A DNA stretch of 38,870 nucleotides from Thermodesulfobacteriota bacterium (GTDB lineage: Bacteria; Desulfobacterota; Desulfobulbia; Desulfobulbales; SURF-16), in the NCBI GenBank assembly GCA_039715015.1, contig JBDLIE010000026.1, positions 1-38,870 on the forward strand, read 5' to 3'. A program made the translations under genes and the position numbers. The notes beneath the pieces are model-generated. The model made no database searches. It saw only the letters and a program-made list of their open reading frames with translations, and was not told the DNA's origin. Below are positions 18,205 through 26,901 of this stretch, in pieces. The stretch's first letter is position 1. Each line of letters starts with the position of its first letter.

Positions 18205-21003
18205 TTAGCGCTCGCTGTCCAGCATCTCGCGCAAGGCCTTTGCAAGGGTGTTAAAGGCCACCGGTTTCAGGAGAAATTTACGGATGCCAATCGCCTTGGC
18301 CCTTTCCTCGTTGGTACTCTCACTGTGACCGGTACAGAGGATAATCGGAATATCCGGCCGTATCTCCAACATTTCTTTGGCAAGATCAGTGCCATTTTTT
18401 TCCGGCATGGTCATGTCGGTGAGGACCAGGTCAAATGCGTTTGGATTTTCTTTGAATATTTTAAGCGCATTCAAGCTGCTGCTGGTGGTGGTGACTTGGT
18501 AACCAAGGTCATCCAATAAGAGTTTATGGATAGTGATAATGAGCTCTTCATCATCGACAAGCAGGAGCCGTTCACTCTTCCCCGGCAGAGCTTCCTCAAT
18601 GACTGGCTGCTCGTAATGGGCCTTCCCTTCCTGGACAGGCAGGTAGACGTGGAAGGTGGTGCCCTGCCCAGGCTCGCTGGTAACCGTGATCTCGCCTTGA
18701 CACTGTTTGATAATGCCACGAGCTACGGAGAGGCCCAGGCCGGTGCCTTGGCCCTTTTCCTTGGTGGTGAAAAATGGGTCGAATATTTTTGACAGGGTTA
18801 CCTGGTCCATACCGCAGCCAGTGTCACTGATTGCGAGATCAAGATAGGTGCCCGGTTCAAGAAGAGGCCGGTCGGCCATGCTTTCTGGGCTGGTGATTTC
18901 GATTTCTGAGAGGCCAACACTCAAGCTGCCAATTTCGTTGCCAATGGCATGTTTGGCATTGGTGCAGAGGTTCATGATAACCTGATGGATTTGGGTGGGA
19001 TCAGCGAGACATATGCCGCAGTTTGGAGCAATATTTTTCTTGATAGTTATGGTTGACGGCAGAGATGCCCGTAAAAGTTTTAGAATCTCATTGACGAGCA
19101 GGTCAATATTGACGAGGCGATAATCCTCGTCGGTCTGGCGGCTGAAGGCAAGAATCTGCTTTATAAGTTCAGCGGCCCTGTTGCCGGCGCTAATCACCTG
19201 GCTAAGATATATCCGCACCGGGTCATCGGCCGTCAAATGTGTTTGGGCGAATTGTCCATAGCCGATAATAGAGGTGAGGATATTGTTAAAATCATGAGCA
19301 ATACCGCCAGCCAGGATGCCGATGGCTTCCATTTTCATGGCCTGCCGTAATTGGCTTTGAAGCTGAACCTCTTTGCTGACATCAGACTTTACAGCCACAA
19401 AGTTGGTGATCTCGCCTTGATGATTTTTGACAGGAGAGACAGTGACATTTTCTTCAAACAGGGAACCATCTTTTTTTCTGTTCGTCATATGACAGCGCCA
19501 CACCTTGCCCTGGGTCAGGGTGCTCCACATTTTTTCATAAAATTGTGAGTCCTGATTGTCACTTTTTAGAAAACAGATTTTTTGACCAAGGGCTTCAGCG
19601 ATGGTGTAACCACTTGCCTTTTCAAAGGCTGGGTTGGCGTATTGGATGACTCCATTAGTGTCGTGGATAAGCACTGTTTCAGCGGCTTGATCAATGGCAG
19701 TGGCGAGCAAAACTCTGTCCGCCTCCAGTTTTTTGAAAGATGTTATATCTTTGGCAACATGGACAATTTGGATTAATTCACCTTCATCGTTAAGAACCGG
19801 TGAAGATGAAACCTGGAATGTTTTGTCAAATTTTTCCTGATAAATTTCGTTGGTATGGGGGGTGCGTTTTTTTATCGTTTTGTCGATTGGGCAGTCAGGG
19901 CAAGGAACATGTGAGTCAGCATAGATTTCATGGCAGTGGCGGCCCAGGATCTCTTGCTCTGTGAGGCCCACTGCCTCACAGCCGGCCTTGTTAATCTTGT
20001 CAATGCGATACTCGGGATCAAGAATCGTCACAATGTCGCTAAAAGAGTTGAATGTTCTCTGCCACTGCTCCTCGCTTTTACGCAGATCCTCCTCTATTTT
20101 CTTACGAGCCGTGATGTCCAATACCGAAAATATCACACTCTCAGGAAAATCTTGAAGAGCCACCTTGCTGGCGCTGAGATGGACGTCAATCACTGAGCCG
20201 TCTTTACGGCGCCACTTGGTGTCCATGGAGCCGGTGCCATATTTCTCCAGCGAACCGTAAATCTGGTGGCCCGCCTCCTCAAAGTTTTCATCATCGGCAT
20301 AAAGAAGGCTGGCCTTTTTGTCCTGAAGTTCTTGCAAAGAGTAACCAGTTATCTCGGCAAATTTCTCATTTGCCCAGTAGAGTCTTCGCTCAACCGCCAG
20401 GTGGTTGATTCCGGTGGGGGTGGATCTGAAAATACTTTGCAGGAGCGATTCTTTTTTTTCAGCCTCCTGGTGGCTTTGCAGATTGCTCAGGCCGGTTTGG
20501 GCAAAGAGGGTAACGTTTTTTGCCAGATAGCGTAGCATGGCATGAAATTTTTCCTCACTGCTGACTGGGACTTGGGCAAGGGCGCGCAGGTATTTCTGTT
20601 CATCAAAGCCGTATTTTTGGGCCTGGAGGCGGAAATGCTCTTTGTCGGCTGGGGCCAAAAGGACCTGTCCGGTGAACAGTGTTGCCAGATGGTGTCCTTC
20701 AATGATGATGGGAGTAAAGCCGTAAATAAGGCCGTTTGGACAATGGCGAATGAGGATTTGGTTGGCCTGATTGACTCCGGCCAAATCTGGCTTATTATGG
20801 ACCAGACACTGGTTTTTCGTCTCAGGATATGTATGATGGAATTCTGTACAAATATCACGCCAGCCCGTGTGAACAATGAACTCACCTGTTTTCGGGTCAA
20901 CGAGGCCGGCGGTAAAGTCTGTGGCCGTCGAAAAATCTTCGAAGAGGAGCCTAAGCTCTTTAAGGTCAATGATGTTTTGAATATTAACAGAATCAACGTG
21001 CAT
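18205..21003 (-). CDS. Cytoplasmic hybrid histidine kinase: PocR - 3xPAS - HisKA - HATPase - REC
   Basis: PocR pattern (FSTATD...WRDICTEFH...CPNGL...PIIIEGHHLATLFTGQ), PAS repeats, AGGIAHDFNNIL, NLCTNA, DTGCGM, FFTTK..GTGLGL, receiver LVDDE/TDMTMP/KP. Confidence 0.93.
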   Translation of the reverse strand: MHVDSVNIQNIIDLKELRLLFEDFSTATDFTAGLVDPKTGEFIVHTGWRDICTEFHHTYPETKNQCLVHNKPDLAGVNQANQILIRHCPNGLIYGFTPIIIEGHHLATLFTGQVLLAPADKEHFRLQAQKYGFDEQKYLRALAQVPVSSEEKFHAMLRYLAKNVTLFAQTGLSNLQSHQEAEKKESLLQSIFRSTPTGINHLAVERRLYWANEKFAEITGYSLQELQDKKASLLYADDENFEEAGHQIYGSLEKYGTGSMDTKWRRKDGSVIDVHLSASKVALQDFPESVIFSVLDITARKKIEEDLRKSEEQWQRTFNSFSDIVTILDPEYRIDKINKAGCEAVGLTEQEILGRHCHEIYADSHVPCPDCPIDKTIKKRTPHTNEIYQEKFDKTFQVSSSPVLNDEGELIQIVHVAKDITSFKKLEADRVLLATAIDQAAETVLIHDTNGVIQYANPAFEKASGYTIAEALGQKICFLKSDNQDSQFYEKMWSTLTQGKVWRCHMTNRKKDGSLFEENVTVSPVKNHQGEITNFVAVKSDVSKEVQLQSQLRQAMKMEAIGILAGGIAHDFNNILTSIIGYGQFAQTHLTADDPVRIYLSQVISAGNRAAELIKQILAFSRQTDEDYRLVNIDLLVNEILKLLRASLPSTITIKKNIAPNCGICLADPTQIHQVIMNLCTNAKHAIGNEIGSLSVGLSEIEITSPESMADRPLLEPGTYLDLAISDTGCGMDQVTLSKIFDPFFTTKEKGQGTGLGLSVARGIIKQCQGEITVTSEPGQGTTFHVYLPVQEGKAHYEQPVIEEALPGKSERLLLVDDEELIITIHKLLLDDLGYQVTTTSSSLNALKIFKENPNAFDLVLTDMTMPEKNGTDLAKEMLEIRPDIPIILCTGHSESTNEERAKAIGIRKFLLKPVAFNTLAKALREMLDSER

Positions 21004-21174
21004 TGTCTTGGGGTCCCTAAAAATGAAATTGCCTTACCCTATATGTGCTAAGACGCTCTGCCTCTACTTGCAGCTTTGTGTAACTAACATGTTCAGTATT
21101 TTTTTGCATCCGCTGGCTATGATTATAGCAGAGGGGCGCAGACCAGAGCAAAAAGAGGAAATTATAGACCTGCC

Positions 21175-21900
21175 ATGCCCATAAATCTTATTGTCTCCCT
21201 TATTTTTTTTAGCGCCGGTCTCCTTCAGGGCATTTCCGGCTTTGGAGCAGCATTGCTGGCTATGCCCCTTCTTGTCCTGGTGCTGGAGGTAAGAGAGGCG
21301 GTAACCCTCACACTCTTAAATACGTTGACTATCAATCTCTTTTTATCACTGCAGCTGAAAAGCCATCTTGATTGGCGCAAGATCTTGCCGTTGGCTGTCG
21401 GCTGTGTGCCGGGGGTTTATGTGGGGGTGACCATTCTTAAAAACGTTAATTCTGCTATGATTAAATGCAGTCTGGGTACTTTGATCATAGCTTACGGTCT
21501 CTCCTGTCTTTATGGGCGGCTAAGCCAGAAGTCGATCAACAAAGGCTGGGCCTATGCGGCTGGTTTTGCAACCGGCACCATTGGCGGCGCTTTTAGTGCC
21601 GGCGGTCCCCCCACTATCATCTATACCACCCTTACCGGCTGGAAGAAGGATGAGATTAAAGCGACGTTATCGTCCTTTTTTTTCTTTACATCTGCCCTGG
21701 CGGCGTCGGCCCATTATCTCACCGGCCTAATGACCCACCATGTTTTGACCCTCTTTGGGGTCGCAGCCTTGCCGGTACTTTCCGGGGTCTTCTTTGGTTC
21801 ACGTTTGTATAAAAAATTACAGAGCAACTCCTATCTGACAATCATCTATTATCTCCTCATTGTCCTGGGAAGTATGATGGTCGTCTCAGCTCTTAAGTGA
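21175..21900 (+). CDS. Sulfite exporter TauE/SafE family membrane protein
   Basis: GLLQGISGFGAALLAMP and internal repeat GTIGGAFSAGGPP; about 8 TM segments. Confidence 0.88.
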   Translation: MPINLIVSLIFFSAGLLQGISGFGAALLAMPLLVLVLEVREAVTLTLLNTLTINLFLSLQLKSHLDWRKILPLAVGCVPGVYVGVTILKNVNSAMIKCSLGTLIIAYGLSCLYGRLSQKSINKGWAYAAGFATGTIGGAFSAGGPPTIIYTTLTGWKKDEIKATLSSFFFFTSALAASAHYLTGLMTHHVLTLFGVAALPVLSGVFFGSRLYKKLQSNSYLTIIYYLLIVLGSMMVVSALK

Positions 21901-21907
21901 TTGGATT

Positions 21908-22240
21908 ATGTTTTTTTCTGGGCGCATGGCATGGGAAGCCAAGACTATAGAGGCCATGATCCGTCTCTATTGCCGGCGGCACCATGGGGGGGGCAGGGAG
22001 CTTTGCTCAGAGTGCCGGGAGTTGGAGGAGTATGCCCAAAAACGTCTGGCACTCTGTCCTTTTCAGGAGGGCAAGACCACCTGCGGCAACTGTCCGGTTC
22101 ATTGTTATAAGCCGGAGATGAGAAAAAGAGTTCGGACGGTGATGCGGGAGATAGGGCCGAAGATGATTTTTTATCACCCCATCATGGCATTAAGGCATTT
22201 GCTTGATGGTTTGCGGAAGACGCCTAAGAAGAAAAAATGA
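21908..22240 (+). CDS. YgbA-family ('nitrous oxide-stimulated promoter') Cys-rich protein
   Basis: E.KTI..MIRLYC..HH, LCSEC..L..YA..RL..CPF...K.TC..CPVHCYKPEMR, GPKMIFYHP..A..H. Confidence 0.88.
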   Translation: MFFSGRMAWEAKTIEAMIRLYCRRHHGGGRELCSECRELEEYAQKRLALCPFQEGKTTCGNCPVHCYKPEMRKRVRTVMREIGPKMIFYHPIMALRHLLDGLRKTPKKKK

Positions 22241-22314
22241 AGACCAACTGCACGATGTAGAGCAGGGAATTTTGAATTCCGAATGCAAAAAAAGAGGATG
22301 TTTTTGATCAGTCT

Positions 22315-22815
22315 TTACAGGTGCGCAACCCTGCGTGCCTGCCAATAATGCTTCAGCCAATGGGGATTGTCCAGGCGTGAGATCATCACCCCTTTGCTCT
22401 TTGAGGCATGGATGAATTTCTGGTTCTCCACATAGATAGCCACGTGTCTGGTTCCCATATTGACCTTGAAGAAAACAAGATCTCCTGGTTGGAGTTGGAC
22501 CTTGCTGACCGCCTCACCGGTATGGGCCAGCTGCGAGGTGGTGCGGGGCAGCCGGACATCGAAGAGCTCACGGAAGGAGCGATGGATAAAGCCGGAACAG
22601 TCAACGCCTTTTTTGCTCATGCCACCGTCGCTATGGGGCACGCCTTGCCAGTCTTTAAGTTGGCAGTAGAGCTTGTTAATGGTTTTATAGTGCTCTTCCT
22701 GGCTGAAATGGTAGCTGTTTGCCGGAGGGCTCTGGACAGTTTTTTTAGGGTCAGAACAGCTGCTCAGCATGAAAACAGCGCAGATAACAGCTATAAATCG
22801 GAGTGTACGTTTTAT
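22315..22815 (-). CDS. NlpC/P60 family cell-wall peptidase lipoprotein (start codon atypical)
   Basis: WQGVP, GVDCSGF (catalytic Cys), LPRTT, PGDLVFF, HVAIY, FIHAS. An in-frame lipoprotein signal (IKRTLRFIAVICAVFMLSS-C) lies upstream of ATG 22770. Confidence 0.88.
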   Translation of the reverse strand: MKRTLRFIAVICAVFMLSSCSDPKKTVQSPPANSYHFSQEEHYKTINKLYCQLKDWQGVPHSDGGMSKKGVDCSGFIHRSFRELFDVRLPRTTSQLAHTGEAVSKVQLQPGDLVFFKVNMGTRHVAIYVENQKFIHASKSKGVMISRLDNPHWLKHYWQARRVAHL

Positions 22816-25178
22816 TTTTTTTCACATTTTTCAGCGCCGCAGGCCTCGCAGACGCCATGGCTGAGACACCAGGCCGGCCCGGTGGCTGTGTCTGTAATGA
22901 TGATTCCTTTTTCCTCTAATTTAAGGCGGGCAGCATCAGCCTTTTGCCAATCTTTACTTTTTCTCGCCTCTTCCCGCTCTTTGATCAATTCGTCAATTTC
23001 AGGATTCAGGGGACATGCCTCCAGAACCATGACGTTTATAATGGAGTTGATCTTTTCCAGGGGCTCCAGGATATATTTTTTCTGGTCGCCATCAAGTTGA
23101 CCGCTGGCCAGAATGGGATTGACCTTTTTGATGAAATCAAAGAGAGCGCCCAAGGCCTTGGAGATATTCATGTCATCATCCATGGCCTCAAAAAAGGTGT
23201 TTTCAAGGCTGGTAAGATAGGTGGCCACCTCGGGATGGGGATTACCCGGTGACAGGCAAAGGAGTTTTTTGCAGAATTCATCAAGGCGGCGCAGACTGGT
23301 GCGTGCTGCCGTGAGCTTGCTATAGCTGAATTCGATGGGCTTGCGATAATGATGACGCAGCAGGAAGAAGCGCACCTCCCTGTTGCTGAAACCCTCTGCC
23401 CAGACATCATTAAGGGTAATGATGTTGGAATTTTCAGCGCTCATCATTTTGCCATCCACCAAAAGGAGTTCGGAGTGGAGCCAGTGGTTGGCCAGGGGCT
23501 TGCCGGTCAGGGCCTGGGCAATGGCATTCTCATTTTCATGGTGAGGGAAGATGAGGTTGCGGCTCGCCGTGTGGATGTCCATGGTGTCGCCGAGATGGCT
23601 CAAGGTCATGGCCGCACATTCGATATGCCAGCCAGGCCGCATATTGCCGAAATCGGTCTGGAAAAAGATGCCCTGCTTGAGTTCGCCCAGGGTGGAGCGT
23701 TTCATCAACGTGAAATCAAGGGGGCTGTGCTTGTCATACTCCTCAAGGTCCACGGACTGGCCGCTTCTGATTTTATCGAGATCCACCTTGGAGAGTTTGC
23801 CGTAATCGCTGAATTTGGAGATGTCGAAATAGATGGACCCGTGCAACTCATAGGCAAAGCCCTTGTGGATAAGATCATGGGAGATCTCGATCATCCGCTC
23901 AACATAGGCCGAGGCCTTGGGCATGGTGATGGGCTGTTTCATGCCCAGGGCTTCCATGTCGGAAATAAAGGCCTCGATATGGGGGGTGGTGAAATCCGCC
24001 ACTGACTGTGATTTATTCTCGGCCCCGGCAATGGTGTTATCGTCAAGGTCGGTAAAGTTCATCAGAAAGTCGACCTTATAGCCCTTGGCGGCCAAGGTGC
24101 GATGGATCAGGTCGGCGACGATGAAACGCCTGCAGTGGCTGAGGTTAGTAGCTTCGTGGGCTGTGGGGCCGCAGGCGTAAAAGGTTACCTTTTTTGAAGA
24201 AATGGGCGTGAAGGGCAGTTTCTTTCGTTTAAGGGCATTGTAGAAGCGCAGCTGCGAAGCCTCATCCGCATCACCCTTGGTTGTTTTTTTGGTAAAGAGC
24301 TCAGTGGAGAGATATCTTTCCCCGCTGTCAGGGAAGATGACAATAAGCACGCCCTCTTCCATCTCTTCCGCCCTTTTAAGTGCCGCAGTCATGGCACAGC
24401 CGGAACTCATGCCCACAAAAAGACCCTCTTCCCTGGCCAGGGTGCGGGCCATTTCAAAGGACTCTTCATCCTCAATATTAATGATCTGGTATGGTTTATT
24501 TTTATCGAAGATCCCAGGCTTATAGGACTCTTTCATGTTTTTGAGGCCTTGGATTTTGTGCCCAAGGTAAGGTTCCACCGCAGTAATGCGAACATGGGAA
24601 TGCTTGGTGGCATAATAATGACTGAGGCCCATGACCGTACCACTGGTACCCAAGGTGGCAACAATATCGGTAACCTTGCCGCCGGTCTGTTCCCATATTT
24701 CGGGGCCGGTGGTCTCGACATGGGTCTGCCAGTTGGCATTATTGTTGAACTGGTCGGTGAGGAAATATTTGTCCGGATGTTCCCGGACCATGGCGTAGGC
24801 CTGCTCAATGGCGCCATCGGTGGAACGTTTAGCAGGGGTAAGAAGTATCTCAGCGCCGTAAGCACTCATGATTTTGCGGCGCTCAATGGAGGCGGATTCA
24901 GACATGACCAGCATGCAGCGGTAGCCCTTTACGGCACAGACCATGGCCAGGCCAATACCAGTGTTGCCGCTTGTGGCCTCAAGAACGATCTTGTCCTTGG
25001 TCAGCGCTCCGGACTTCTCGGCTGCCTCGATCATGAATTTGCCGATCCGGTCCTTGACTGAGCCACCAGGGTTCATGGACTCAAGTTTGGCAAAAATCTG
25101 GACCTTGGGGTTCTTGTTTAAACGGCGGATGGGAACGATGGGAGTGTTGCCGACAAGATCAAGGATGGATGCGTTCAT
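22812..25178 (-). CDS. Fusion: cysteine synthase (CysK/CysM family) + degenerate cysteinyl-tRNA-synthetase-like domain
   Basis: N-terminal ~300 aa: NPGGSVKDR (PLP Lys), ATSGNTGIG, GTSGT, HKIQGL, PDSGERYLS. C-terminal ~480 aa: CGPT, RPGWHIEC, FPHHENE, HYR, DDDMN, ARKSKDWQKADAAR. One continuous ORF. Confidence 0.93.
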   Translation of the reverse strand: MNASILDLVGNTPIVPIRRLNKNPKVQIFAKLESMNPGGSVKDRIGKFMIEAAEKSGALTKDKIVLEATSGNTGIGLAMVCAVKGYRCMLVMSESASIERRKIMSAYGAEILLTPAKRSTDGAIEQAYAMVREHPDKYFLTDQFNNNANWQTHVETTGPEIWEQTGGKVTDIVATLGTSGTVMGLSHYYATKHSHVRITAVEPYLGHKIQGLKNMKESYKPGIFDKNKPYQIINIEDEESFEMARTLAREEGLFVGMSSGCAMTAALKRAEEMEEGVLIVIFPDSGERYLSTELFTKKTTKGDADEASQLRFYNALKRKKLPFTPISSKKVTFYACGPTAHEATNLSHCRRFIVADLIHRTLAAKGYKVDFLMNFTDLDDNTIAGAENKSQSVADFTTPHIEAFISDMEALGMKQPITMPKASAYVERMIEISHDLIHKGFAYELHGSIYFDISKFSDYGKLSKVDLDKIRSGQSVDLEEYDKHSPLDFTLMKRSTLGELKQGIFFQTDFGNMRPGWHIECAAMTLSHLGDTMDIHTASRNLIFPHHENENAIAQALTGKPLANHWLHSELLLVDGKMMSAENSNIITLNDVWAEGFSNREVRFFLLRHHYRKPIEFSYSKLTAARTSLRRLDEFCKKLLCLSPGNPHPEVATYLTSLENTFFEAMDDDMNISKALGALFDFIKKVNPILASGQLDGDQKKYILEPLEKINSIINVMVLEACPLNPEIDELIKEREEARKSKDWQKADAARLKLEEKGIIITDTATGPAWCLSHGVCEACGAEKCEKK

Positions 25179-25395
25179 AAAAATAACTGTAGATGTGAGT
25201 AAATGAGTAGACGCCAGGCTGATGGTCAGACTGGCAAGCTGCTGCGGTTAAAGGAATCCACCCAAAAGATACGGGCAGAAAAAAACTGCCTAGCACACTC
25301 TTAAAACGGAACATCTAAAACAGCAAATAAAAAGTGGGATATTGGACGTTTGGGCCTAGGCTGCGTCCGAATTTGCTAAGAACGATCCAAAAGCG

Positions 25396-25545
25396 CTAGG
25401 CAAAGGCGCCATCCCAGTCACTATTTTCTTTCATAAATTGCTCCATGGCCCCACCTATTTTTTTATCCTCGTTACGGATATGGTTGATAAGCCACTCAGT
25501 AAGGAAATCAATAAGTCCATAGGGGTGAATGGGCTTCCCCTCCAT
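25396..25545 (-). CDS. 49-aa ORF resembling the C-terminal helix of bacteriohemerythrin (mini-protein or remnant)
   Basis: FLTEWLINHIRNEDKK matches the hemerythrin W-L-x-x-H-I-x-x-x-D motif; AAGGAG RBS 8 nt before ATG 25545. Confidence 0.55.
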   Translation of the reverse strand: MEGKPIHPYGLIDFLTEWLINHIRNEDKKIGGAMEQFMKENSDWDGAFA

Positions 25546-25609
25546 AAAATAATCTCCTTGGCGGCTTGATGTCACTGAGGATTCATGATGAGTATAGTAC
25601 ATGATAAAT

Positions 25610-25649
25610 AAAAAAGGCAGGCTCCTCAAAAGAGGAACCTGCCTTTTTT
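25610..25649 (-). terminator. Intrinsic terminator of the dsrTMKJOP operon
   Basis: aaaaaaggcaggctcctc-aaaa-gaggaacctgcctttttt hairpin with A and T tracts, 50 nt after the dsrP stop. Confidence 0.85.
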
Positions 25650-25699
25650 ATTATACGACCTGAATGATCTGGAGTTTAAGGATATAAAATCCTGGCGCT

Positions 25700-26890
25700 C
25701 TAGGAGATCTTCAGGGTTGCTTCAGAGTCGCGCTTTACAGCAACAACCATCTTGTAGAGCAGGGTGAGAATGAAGAAGCCTGTGGACCAGACTCCGGCAG
25801 TCACGGTGAGTTCTACAACGGTGGGGGTGTACTCTACAACATGCTCCATGGGCGTGGGTACGAAACCACCAAGGACAAGGCCCAGGCCTTTATCGATCCA
25901 GAAAGCAACGAAAATCAAGATACAGCTGGTGGCCAGCATGGCATCTGATTTCTGGCGTCTGGAAATAAAGAGCATGCAGATGCCAAGAATACCCATGGCA
26001 ACAGAGGCGCGCATAAAGGGCACCAGGTTGTTGTGCATAACCCCTGTGCTGTGGTCAACAAGACCAAAGAACAGGTAATCCAGGGTGTGCATATGGCCGG
26101 GGATGTTGGAGTAGTAGCCAACAAAGACCTCACAACCGAGGAGGAAGAAGTTAATGATAGCAGCGTAACCGATGATGGTCACCAGCTTGTTTTTGGCAGT
26201 CTCACCCACGTCAAAATTAGCAGTACGCTTCATGATCAGCGCAATAACCATCAGCAGGGCCGGTCCGGCCGCAAAGGCCGAGGCCAGAAAGCGGGGAGCC
26301 AGAACAGCGGTGAGCCAGAAATGACGTCCCGGCAGACCACAGTAAAGAAACGCCGTTACGGTGTGGATGGAGATGGCCCAGGGAATGGAGATATAGATAA
26401 ACGGCTTCACCCAGTTGGGATACTTGACGCCTCTATATTCAGACGAGAGGACCACGAAACCACACAGTACGTTTAAGAACAGGTAGCCGTTTAAGACGAT
26501 CATGTCATAAAACAGCATGGAGTTCGGGGTAGGGTGAAGGATAACGTTCATTGCCCGCATGGGCTGACCAAGATCGGCAATAATGAACATCAGACACATG
26601 GCCACGGCAGCAATCGCCATGAACTCACCCAAAAGAGTAATACGACCAAAAGACTTGTAGTCATGCAGGTAATATGGAAGCACCAGCATCAGACCACCGG
26701 CGGCAACACCGACCAGGAAGGTAAACTGGGAGATATAGATACCCCAGGTCACGTCCCGGCTCATACCGGTGGCGCCAAGTCCGTAGTTGAACTGGACCAG
26801 ATAGGCAACAGCGCCTGCGCCCATAACCATGAGCAACAGGGTGAGCCAGCCCCAGTACAGTCCGTTTCCTTTCAATACTTTATCAACCAT
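25700..26890 (-). CDS. dsrP: DsrP, NrfD/PsrC-family membrane subunit
   Basis: GMSRDVTWGIYISQFTFLVGVAAG, WAISIHTVTAFL, APRFLASAFAAGPA, WIDKGLG; last gene of the operon. Confidence 0.95.
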   Translation of the reverse strand: MVDKVLKGNGLYWGWLTLLLMVMGAGAVAYLVQFNYGLGATGMSRDVTWGIYISQFTFLVGVAAGGLMLVLPYYLHDYKSFGRITLLGEFMAIAAVAMCLMFIIADLGQPMRAMNVILHPTPNSMLFYDMIVLNGYLFLNVLCGFVVLSSEYRGVKYPNWVKPFIYISIPWAISIHTVTAFLYCGLPGRHFWLTAVLAPRFLASAFAAGPALLMVIALIMKRTANFDVGETAKNKLVTIIGYAAIINFFLLGCEVFVGYYSNIPGHMHTLDYLFFGLVDHSTGVMHNNLVPFMRASVAMGILGICMLFISRRQKSDAMLATSCILIFVAFWIDKGLGLVLGGFVPTPMEHVVEYTPTVVELTVTAGVWSTGFFILTLLYKMVVAVKRDSEATLKIS

Positions 26891-26901
26891 GATGAATCAC
26901 C

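Noticed and set aside
25179..25395. T-box riboswitch upstream of the cysteine synthase-CysRS fusion
   Set aside because: Only GGGTGG matches; the following ACC of the T-box bulge, the terminator and stem I are not recognisable.
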